From assembly GCF_009914755.1 (NCBI RefSeq), contig NC_060928.1: a stretch of 64,000 nt of DNA. One strand, given 5' to 3'. This DNA is from the human T2T-CHM13v2.0 reference genome, Homo sapiens. This document shows, piece by piece, positions 39,310-64,000 of this stretch; positions within the stretch are counted from its first letter, which is position 1; the number at the start of each line of letters is the position of its first letter. Under the pieces are notes generated by a model. The model did no database searches. It saw nothing but the letters and a program-made list of their open reading frames with translations, and was not told where the DNA came from. The position numbers and the translations under genes were made by a program.

Positions 39310-40319
39310 TTAATGACTGCTTTACTTACTATCCAAAGCTAATGTTTAATCCTGGCATTGTGAGACTCTGCACACACCTAAAGTGTTTGGTTTCATCATA
39401 CCTCTAGCCTCAAACTACCTATCATTGACATGTAATCTCTACTGATTTTATCCTTAACTTTACAGTGGTCTGAAAAAGTAATAGGAGACTTAAGACCTTG
39501 CTTATGTTGTTCTGTCCTCAAAGGTTCTTGAAAACTGACTTCACAAAGACACAGAAACTAAAGCAAAGGGCACGCATACTAGTTTGAGAGTGTGTGAGCT
39601 ATCAGAAGTGAGAAGAATGCTGTCACCACATGACAAATGTTCTTGCGGCAGCTGGGAAGGCATACATAGCTTCCAGTATGATACAGTATATTTTTGTCTG
39701 GAGTCACGTAGTCCCAGTCCCTGCCTTTAAATATCTAGGTTGCTCTTTGAAAGGACAGTCCAAATACCAGATCGTTTAAGATTTCTAATTATTACATAAG
39801 CAATAGAGAATTACAAATCTGTTTCTTAAACTTTCCTATGTCAAGGTTGAAACTAGGAACAACATAATATGTTCCTCATTGATGGGATCTTATTTTGGCA
39901 GACTTACACAGTCTTTATTTCATACAGTATGATGTGTCTATATTTAGCTAGTTGTTCCTTTCTGGGCCCTTGAAGTAACTTTTTTTGGCTTTGCTGCCCT
40001 TAAAGGAAAAGGAGAGATCTATTAACATGAATGAGAACTGGCCACAAATGGGTTTTTAAAAAGCAATAGAATTCCTGAGATGAGGTTTAGGTTTTCTTCA
40101 ATTGCCAAAACTAATGCACTATTGTTGCTGACCCAGTGAAGAGGGTTAGCTCTCTACAAAATGATCAAATAGATAAATTTGTCTTCAGACCTCTAGGACT
40201 TCTCTATTCTGACCCCTTTACCTCCTTGGGTGGTGTCACCCTGATTCTCATATCCCCCACATGGTTGTATGGTTATTAAAATACTTTCCGAAATCTTCCA
40301 TTACAAGATAGCGGTATCA

Positions 40320-41360
<1,041 letters not shown>

Positions 41361-43312
41361 AAAGTATGGTCTTTTCCAGGACTGCAAAGTTGTAGAGATA
41401 AAATAATGACTATATATATATTATTATGTGTAATATAATGGTAATAGAAACAGCCATCTTATATTGAACAATTAATATGTGCAGGCTCTGTGATAAACAT
41501 TTTACAAGGAGATTCTGAAACATAATTTCAGGGATAGGAAGAAACTTTTTGGTAGGGATGTCTTCCTCCTGAAATCACCTCACTTTCTCTCTTCCCCTGC
41601 CTACAGACAAGAGCAGCCATGCAGTGCTCTGAATTTTGCTGGTGATGTGGGAGTTAAGCTACTCTTTAGTGACAAGAGGTAAAATAAGAAAAAGTTTTAG
41701 ATTACATTGTTCCAGAAATATTATTCTTACTGTAAACTCATCATTAAAGAGGAAACCATCATTGCTAAATCACAATTTAAAAAAATGCTGACCAACTTTA
41801 GCACCTCATATGCATTCAATGCTATGTGCATGGATTCCTTCTCCTGGATCTTAAGCTCCTTCTAGGGTGAGGGCAATTTTTCCCTTTCTAAATTCTTTGC
41901 TGGAACCAAGATTTATATTGAGAGTCTCTGACACTGATGACTAATGCAAAGTCTGATATAACTTTGCTGTCAATTCAATCATGCTGGCTCTATGGCAGCA
42001 TGCTGGAAAATTCCTGGGTCTGGGTTCTACTGGTCATTCTTTGAAATTCTCAGTCCTTTTTTTTTCTTTGCCATGCCCTCAAGTAGACTCCATAACCTGG
42101 GATATGTGTAAGTGAATGACAGCACTGGGCACCATTTTTCTGTGTTGAAAGACCAGGGAGTGTTCTCTCTCCCTTGAAAAAATTCTCAGATATCTATGCT
42201 GGCAAAGAATTGAACTCATGTTTATTATGTGCTTATCTATTTAATTCACTTGCAACAAATACCCATGAGACAGCATTCTAGGTCTGATAAGAAACAAAGG
42301 CTTAAAAAACTATCTCCCTGGCACCGTATTAATCCTTTGGAATATATTATTTCATTTAACTTTTACAATTGGAGTTAGGTATTGTTAGTCCCATTTTGCC
42401 TAAGGAAATTGAAGCTTAGAGAAGTAAAATTGTTTGATGAAGTTCCTACAACTAATGAAGTTAAGTGAAGTTAGGTGTAAGATTTCAAGTTTATCTGACA
42501 TTAAAGCCCATGTTTTACCAGCACAAATGGTAACATTAAAAAAAAAAATAGATCACAGCAAGAATCACTAAGGAAAAAAAATAGAATACCAATATCAAGC
42601 ATACAGTCTATATACAGTTTCATTGTTCTGTGGAACATTAAACATAATTAAACCATTTAAATTGTGTATTACTATGGCAAGAGATCTCTTTGATCTTTTA
42701 TTGAGGCAAAAATGTTGCCCAAACACAAGAAAGCTCCCTAAGGCAATACTGATTACTAGCAACCCTAAGAAATCAGCACTAGCTGGAATGTCTTGGGCAT
42801 TTTTATTGTAGGGTTAGTATGGAAGAGTGGGAGTTGAGACTTAGCATGTCTTATTGTGGGTCTCAAGGGCAGGACGGAGGAGGGAGGTAAAGGGCAGGCA
42901 CTTGGTATTGGGCAGGGGTCCAGATGCAAGATGAGAAGCAACAGCAGCTGAGGACCCAGTAAGAAGACACATGTGCTTCTGAAACCTGTCCTTCCCCTTT
43001 AACCTTGACTTTCTTTTTCCACTTCCTTTTACATCCAGCATCAACCTTCCCTCATTTTGTTTTCTGTCCCCTAAACTGAATAGGTAAGGCTTCCTAAACA
43101 CCTCTGAGAAAAACATCACAAAGATATGAAACTTTAGTTCAAGGATGCTGCATTTGTTTTTTTCCAAAATGAAAAATTTGGTTTTTCTCCATTTTTTTAT
43201 GACAAGCAACACGGACAAGTACAGGAGAAGTTCAAGGGACATATATTCATACATGTACATAGAAAAAAAGGATACAAAATGGCATATACTAGGAGTTAGT
43301 GTTGTTGCTTGG

Positions 43313-43603
<291 letters not shown>

Positions 43604-44506
43604 CTATTTATAACATTCTTAAGTAAACAGATGTTGCATTTTTAATAATTATGAAAGATTATTTTTAATTTTAAAATATGCATAAATGATTACTTACCAA
43701 TATTTAAGGTGAAAAGCCGACAAATAAGTTGGAAAGGCTGTTAGGACAGATGCAGCACCAAGATATTATTACAGATGCTCAAAACAATAGGTGAATAGTT
43801 AAGGAAAATCTATAGAGGATCTGGCATGGAGGCTTCTGTAAACCCACCTTAGCTCTTTGGGAAAGTCTGTGCAGTGAACTTCATGGAGTGCTGAGGACAG
43901 AGTAAGACATCCACTTAGCTTGACAGATCAACTTAATTAAACTCTGTGATGGATGGGCCAACAATAGTCAAAGATAGATCATATTAATATCCAAGTAAAT
44001 TCCACAGAAAATGAATAAATGAACAGATGAAAGAAATTAGGTAAGAGAGTTAGTAAAACTGGCTCTCATCTATTGTACATACAATGTGCAAGATGCTGTG
44101 CTAAACACTCCATTACTGATCCTTAAATTGACTGCCAAGAAAGGTACCATTATCACCATCTGCATCCTTCTTTTACAGCTGAGGATTTCTTTCATTTCTT
44201 CATCTATTCATTTATTCCATAGAATTTTTATAGTCATCAAAAAGGTATGTTCATGAAAACTTTATGGGGAGAAAGGTTAAGTGAATAAGTCAGGATACAA
44301 AATTGTATTTATAGTAGAAATACAAGTAAGTTTTTTAAAAAAATAAAAATAATCTGAGCATTAAAAAATTACTGGAATGAGATCCACCAGGAGTTTAGCA
44401 GCGACTGTGACTGAGTGGTGGGACTGAGTAAACAGTTTTTCCAATTTTTATCTTTCTGTATTCCTATGATTTTTAAAAGATTTGTGTTACCTTAGAAGTA
44501 AAATCA

Positions 44507-45636
<1,130 letters not shown>

Positions 45637-45929
45637 ATTTCAAGATTGTAATACCTTGGTGGAGATTTTAATTTTTCTTTATATTTTATTTTTCTCTTAA
45701 AAATATCTTCAGTGAATAGTACAATCAGAAAAAAATGTTCTTGAAATATATGCTTCTAAAATCCACTAAACTGAAAGTGTTCTCTGCTCTTATCATCTCA
45801 GCATGTACCACATTTACTGGCATTCTGCTAGCATGCAGAAATACTTGATAAATAAATATCTGAAAGGATAAATGAACAAATGAACAGATGAAATAAGATA
45901 GTCATGTGCATTCAGGCCACTTGGTTATC

Positions 45930-46680
45930 TTTTCCCCATGCCTCACATCCAATCCATTTTCAGATTTCGTCAGCCTTCCCTTCATAAACAACACAAATCT
46001 GACCTCTTTCACCTTGAACACTGGTACCATTATAGTCTAAGCTACCATGCTTGCTCAACTGGACCATTGCAATAGCATCTTAACTGGCACTGCTACTTCT
46101 GTTCCTGACCCCTACAACCTGTTCTCAATAAAGCAGGCAGAGTATGACAGAACTTAATCACTCCTCTCTTCTAAAACCCCCAGTGACTTTCAGTGTCAAG
46201 CAAAAGGAAGTCTAAAGTCCTTCTAGTGGACCATCAGGCCTGTGTATCCACCCCCACCCCATATCCTCTGACCTCATCTTCTACTCGATCACAGCACTCC
46301 TACTACATTAGCTTTTTGTTCTTGCCTTAGGTTCTTTGCACCTGTTTGTCTTCTGCCTGGAATGCTTTTCCCCAAAATAACTGCAAGCCTTGCTCCATCA
46401 CTTCATTTAGGTCCTCTGCAAATGTCACCATATCAGAGAGGACTTCTTAGATTCTCCTATTAAAAATAGCACCATTTCCCCCGTTCACTCCCCTGTTATT
46501 CTCAGTCCTCTTACTCTGCTTTGTTTTTCTTCATAGCCCTTATAACCACCTGATATTATGTATATTTATTTGTTTAACATCTATGTTCTCTCATACCCAA
46601 TGGCCAGAATATAAGTTCTATTAAAACAAGGGCTTTTCCTATTTTTTTTTCCTCTGCAGCACATAAGATTAATGCCTTAT
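45930..46680 (+). mobile_element. L2 fragment
   Basis: CACATCCAATCC, CTGCCTGGAATGCTTTTCCCC, CAAATGTCACC.TATCAGAGAGG. Confidence 0.6.
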
Positions 46681-46702
46681 AAAAGTAATTTTTTGAAAAC
46701 TA

Positions 46703-47050
<348 letters not shown>

Positions 47051-47413
47051 CTAGGACACAAATAATGTCAAAAGATTAATGATACGTTCTCCTCTCTAAA
47101 TTATCTCAAAGATTGTAATAAGGACACCCTATCTTCATTTCCTTCTTAACCTCAACTTTGAAAGACGAAAGGTTCCAAAATGTCCAATTGTTTTAAAATA
47201 ATGTGTTAAGCCTAGCTGTACTATAAGAATTACCAGACATCTGGTATAATTACCATAATGTACCTTGCATACTAAATTATGAATATGTTAATTGCATTAT
47301 TAAAATATTTTAATATATGGTTAACATTAATTTATAATGCCGATATTTCAAGACCACCTGGTCCCAATTCTGCCGCTGACACTAGCAGGTTGACCTTGGG
47401 CAACTTGCTTAAA

Positions 47414-48661
<1,248 letters not shown>

Positions 48662-48721
48662 GACTCAAACTTCTGCCTCAGTTTTCTTATCTGTTAAGTA
48701 TGTATAATAATAGTATCTGTC

Positions 48722-52590
<3,869 letters not shown>

Positions 52591-52634
52591 TAGGAGCTTG
52601 TAAGGAACCCTGTTAGCTACCATCAAAAGTCTCC

Positions 52635-52690
52635 ATGCATCCATCCGTCCATCTATCCATCCATCCATCCATCATCCATTCACCCATTCA
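52635..52690 (+). repeat. (CCAT)n-type microsatellite
   Basis: Imperfect CATC repeats. Confidence 0.8.
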
Positions 52691-52879
52691 TTACTGTATT
52701 TAAATGGAATGTGTATCTAGGGAGCTTATGTTCAAGTAGGGGGGAGACATGTAAATCATCACAGTAGAGTGACAGTATAGTACAATGCCTGACACATAGT
52801 AGGTACTCAAAAGTATTTATTGAGTAAGTGAAAGAATGCATAATATAGGTAAAATAAGAGCATAAAAGAGAGAAATTTT

Positions 52880-54425
<1,546 letters not shown>

Positions 54426-54427
54426 AA

Positions 54428-58764
<4,337 letters not shown>

Positions 58765-58808
58765 TTAGAATCTTCATACCAGACACCACAGCATCTTCTA
58801 TCACAATA

Positions 58809-59062
58809 AGGAGAATCCTTGAGACTAGGAGGGCTGCAGTGTGCTATACCAATCACTTGTCTGCACTAAGTTCAGAATCAACATGGTGACTTCCTGAGGG
58901 CAGGGGACAACCAGGTTACCTTGGTAGGGGTGAACAGGCCCAGGTTGGAAAGAAAGTAGGTCAAAACTTTCCCGCTGATGAGTAGTGCAATTGTGCCTGT
59001 GAATAGCCATTGCACTCAGCTTGGGCAACATAGCAAGACCTGTTTATTAAAGGAAAAAAAAA
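58809..59062 (+). pseudogene. 7SL (SRP) RNA processed pseudogene
   Basis: S-domain sequence GCACTAAGTTC..ATGGTGAC..CAGGTT..GGGGTGAAC.GGCCCAGGT.GGAAA..GGTCAAAACT..CCTGTGAATAGCCA, then an A-tail. Confidence 0.9.
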
Positions 59063-59709
59063 TTCTAATTTATACTACTCTACAATAAAAAGGAATGAAC
59101 CACTGATGCATGCAACAACTAGAATGAATCTCCAGGGAATTTTGCTGAACAAAAAAAGCCAATCTCAGATGGCTACATATTCTATGATTCCATTTATATA
59201 ACATTTTCGAGATATTACTTTGATAATTTAAAAATTTATTTTAAGGGCCATGTGTGGTGGCTCATGCCTGTAATCCTAGCACTTTGGGAGGCCGAGGCAG
59301 GTGGATCACGAGGTCAGGAGTTCAAGACCAGCCTGGCCAAGATGGTGAAACCCCGTCTCTACTAAAAACACAAAAATTAGCCAGGCGTGGTGGCAGGCTC
59401 CTGTAATCCCAGCCACTCAGGAGGCTGAGGCAGGGAATTGCTTGAACCCGGAAGGCAGAGGTTGCAGTGAGCTGAGATCATGCCACTGCACTCCAGTCTG
59501 GGCGATACAGCAAGACTCTGTCTCAAAAAAAAAAAAGCACATATATTAATATTCATAAATGCATGGAATATTATCGGAAGAATCATAAGAAACTGGTAAT
59601 AACAGAAACCTTGGGAAATTTGGTGACAAAACAGTAGAGGGTCAGGAGACTCACTTTTTACTGTATTCCTTTCTGTATCTTTTGAATTTAGTACCATGTT
59701 AATTATCTA

Positions 59710-60093
<384 letters not shown>

Positions 60094-60670
60094 TTATTTA
60101 ATCTTCCTACTTAATCTTCACAGACTATTAATGTATTTGGAATCAGTGAACAGCTGTGAATTATAAATCTTTTTCTCTAGTCTCAGTGAGATTTGTCAAA
60201 ATTCTTTTGGTAACAACTGAAGGGATATGTGGTTAGGAGATAAGAGTCTTGTCAGGAATACTTCATACTGATTAGTGATGCAAAGCTGGCCCTGGGCATG
60301 CTGTACCTGGCTGCCAATTATTTGTTGTTTAACCACTAAACAACAGCTAACTAAAAATGGGCAGGGAGCGGTAGCTCACACCTGTAATCCCAGCACTTTG
60401 GGAGACTGAAGCGAGTGGATCACCTGAGGTCAGGAGTTTGAGACCATCCTGGCCAACATGGTTAAACCCCGTCTCTACTAAAGATACAAAAATTAGCTGG
60501 GCATGGTGGTGTGTGGCTGTAATCCCAGCTACTGGAGAGGCTGAGGCAGCAGAATCAATTGAACCCGGGAAGCGGAGGTTGCAGTGAGCCAAGACTGCCA
60601 CTGCACACCAGCCTGGGCGACAGAGCAAGACTGTCTCAAAAATAAATAAATAAGTAAGTAAGTAAGTAAG

Positions 60671-60705
<35 letters not shown>

Positions 60706-61816
60706 ATGAAAGGAGTTAGGCACGTGTCCTCCAAGTGCTAAGTTTTATCTAAGGACCATAGACACTGCAGCTTCCATACGCTGCTGTAATCACCTTAGTT
60801 TGGCTTCTCATCCTTTGTGGCCAAAATGTATCCTGTGTGGTGATGAGACACGGGAAACTGGTGCCAGGTCCTCCATGGCGCTGCTGCTGTGTTCCCTGTC
60901 CTGTGTCCTTTCTGGAAACTAAACTTGGTGCTGACTAAGCCCGTGGTATCTGTGAGCTTGAATAAGTGGAACCTGAAATCCACTCTGGTGGTCTACAGCA
61001 TGACAATAAACTAAAGGACTGCAGCACTTAGCCAAAATAATAATGAGCTACTTATTCAATCATGAGGGAACACAAGAATACAAATATGATCTTTTATAAA
61101 CTAGTGATAGAATTTAGCTTTATTGTGCTATGGTTACTCAGTTAATGGGCAAACCCTCTGCAACACTTGTCAGTTACAGACTCCTCATAGCAAATAAGTG
61201 GCTGTAGGGAAGAAAGTCACAGAAGCACTTGCAAAAATTTTAATTAGAAAAATGTGTATAAAAAATAGGTTTAGCAGAGTTATGCTTTATGGGCCAAACA
61301 GGTTTCAGTTCAGTTTAATTTAACCAGGCTTCCTAAATTTGTTTTTTACCTCTTTCCATTCAACAGAGCATAAATATTAAATGTTATATAAAATATATTT
61401 CACTTGAATGCTTTAAATACAATGCAAAATTTGAGCACAAAACAATGCATTATGGCCTCATGAAGAAATTTACAAAACATTGTAATGAAAAATTAACAGC
61501 TTCAAGTAAGTACATAGTACTATACAAATGCTTGTCCAACAAATGCCATTTTAAACAGAGGAAGAAAACGCGACCAGTCTGGGCAACATGGTGAGACCCT
61601 GTCTTTACAAAAAATATGAAAATTATCCGGGTATGGTGGCAAGCACTTTTAGTGCCAGCTACTTGTGAGGCTGAAGTGGGAAGGTCACTTGAACCCGGGT
61701 GGCAGAGGCTACAGTGAGCCTAGATGGCCCACTGCACTCCAGCCTGGGCAACAGAGCGAGACCCTGTCAAGTAATGGATAACCCCACAAGACTGCCTTAT
61801 AGCCTGATCACGGTAC

Positions 61817-62205
61817 CTGGCAATTTGTAGAAAGCAACACTTATAACCCATTTTAGCATTCCTGATTGAGCTGTCTGTACTTTCACATGAGTTTTGAGCT
61901 TATTCATCATCTTGTTGATCTTTCTTTCCAGCCTGGCAGATCTGGCAAACTTGTCCATCATATTGACCGCGGATAACTCTTGCTTCATATCCTGGATCTC
62001 TGCTTTGGTCTGCGACTCCTGTTCTGCATCCTTGCGCTGCACCCTGGACATAAAAGAGAAGGACGGGAGTAGGATCTGAAGGACACTGCACCCAAACAGG
62101 AATCTGAGCACCAGCAGCCACGCCCAGTGGTTAGCCTTAGCCGTGCCCATGTTAGACGCTCCTGGTGGCGTAGGCACCGTTAGCTATGGTAGCTCCATGG
62201 GGATC
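61817..62205 (-). pseudogene. GET1P1: 3'-incomplete processed pseudogene of GET1/WRB
   Basis: ATG at 62150; HWAWLLVL...AEIQDMKQELSAVNMMDKFARSARLERKINKM...KWVISVAFY; intronless; 5'UTR-like CCCCATGGAGCT retained. The symbol is from memory. Confidence 0.85.
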
Positions 62206-62329
62206 ATGTTGGCATCCACCTATATTGCAGTTCTGAAATGATAACATTTTAGAAATGATGGACAAAATGGATGCCAAGGTTTAAGAAGAAGTGTTTATAA
62301 AAGGGCAACACGAGGTCCTCCAGGTGTTG

Positions 62330-62879
<550 letters not shown>

Positions 62880-64000
62880 TAAAACTTTTGTAGAGACAGG
62901 GTTTTGCTATGTTGCCCAGGCTCACCTCAAACTCCTGGGCTGAAGTGATCCTCCAGGCTTGGCCTCCCAAAGTGCTGAGATTACAGGTGTGAGCCACCAT
63001 GTTTCATATAATATTTTAATTATTATATATTTGTTATGTAAGGTTTTTGTAGGGTATCAAATATTATAAAAATGAAGTCGATTTACTGATATGGAAACAT
63101 GCTATATTGTAAAGTTAAAACAAAGGACCTTGTCAAGTAGCATGTATAATATAATCCCCAAAATACACTTGTCTTTGCAAATACATGTGCTAAGAGTTTT
63201 GAAAGGATAAAAAAGAAGCAGTTTACAGTAGTTACCTCTGGGGCATGGGACTACAGGAATAGGGAGTGAAGGACACTTATTTTTCACTTTATGTGTAATT
63301 CTTTCTTTTTTTTTTTTTTCTTTTTGAGACGGGTCTTACTCTGCTGCCCAGGCTGAAGTGCAGGGGCATGATCAGGGCTCACTGAAGACTCAATCTCCCT
63401 GGGCTCAGATGATCCTCCCGCCTCAGCCTCCCGAATAGCTAGGACTGCAGGAATGCACCACACCCAGCTAATTTTTTAATTTTTAGTAGGGATGGGATTT
63501 TGCCATGTTGCCCAGACTGGTCTTGAAATCCTGGGCTCAAGCTACCTGCCTTCCTCAGCCTCCCAAAGTACTGGGATTACAGGTGTGAGCCATGCACACA
63601 GCCCATTTTATATGTAATTCTGTAATGTTTGTATGCTATTTACCATGAGCATGTACTACCTTTATAATTAAAATTCTACAAAAAAAAATTCTAGCTTAAT
63701 AGCAATGTAAAATTTTAATAAAATTTTGTAAAACATTGGGACATACTTGTAAATATGAGGGTAGAAAATGTCTGTAATAACTTCAGGCAATAAGGTAGCA
63801 ACATGTTGTCACCTAAAGACCAATGTGTTCTTCCAAATTTGGCTGCTCTATAAATTCTATTAGTTTGAAAAAGCCAAAAAAGACTGAAAAAGGAGAAAAA
63901 TAATTCTTTTTTAAAGTGCTTATGTTAAAAAAATGCCCAGTTCTAGTGCTCTTTCCATTTGTGATTTCCTCAAATCATAAACAATTATCATTTATTTAAT

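Noticed and set aside
60860-60930. CCATGGCGCTGCTGCTGTG, resembling a signal-peptide start in good Kozak context
   Set aside because: The frame closes after about 15 codons and no parent gene could be confidently recognised.

Overview
Human (primate) genomic DNA, recognised from protein and miRNA sequence as the ZGRF1-LARP7-MIR302/367 locus (chr4q25, from memory). It is eukaryotic and intron-rich, so most ORFs in the supplied track are Alu artefacts. The left end holds the first three exons of ZGRF1 (minus strand), which shares a CpG-rich bidirectional promoter (about 5.0-6.0 kb) with LARP7 (plus strand). All 12 LARP7 coding exons could be assembled with GT-AG boundaries into a 1749-nt CDS (582 aa, 13009-25667), plus two alternative non-coding first exons and an optional MIPNIEG exon. 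LARP7 intron 8 carries, antisense, the pluripotency miRNA cluster miR-302b/c/a/d/367 with a TATA promoter and SOX/OCT-like motifs. The host transcript's candidate splice and poly(A) signals interlock with LARP7 exons 5-7. The right 38 kb is Alu-dense intergenic DNA with L2/L1/MER fragments, processed pseudogenes of OSTC and GET1(WRB), a 7SL retrocopy with a reconstructable micro-inversion, and an internally deleted MLT2A LTR. I found no wholly new biological system. The least obvious observations are the interlocked sense/antisense splice code, the GET1 retrocopy that leaves its parent at an exon junction, and the 7SL inversion. Repeat subfamily calls and boundaries are by eye and approximate.
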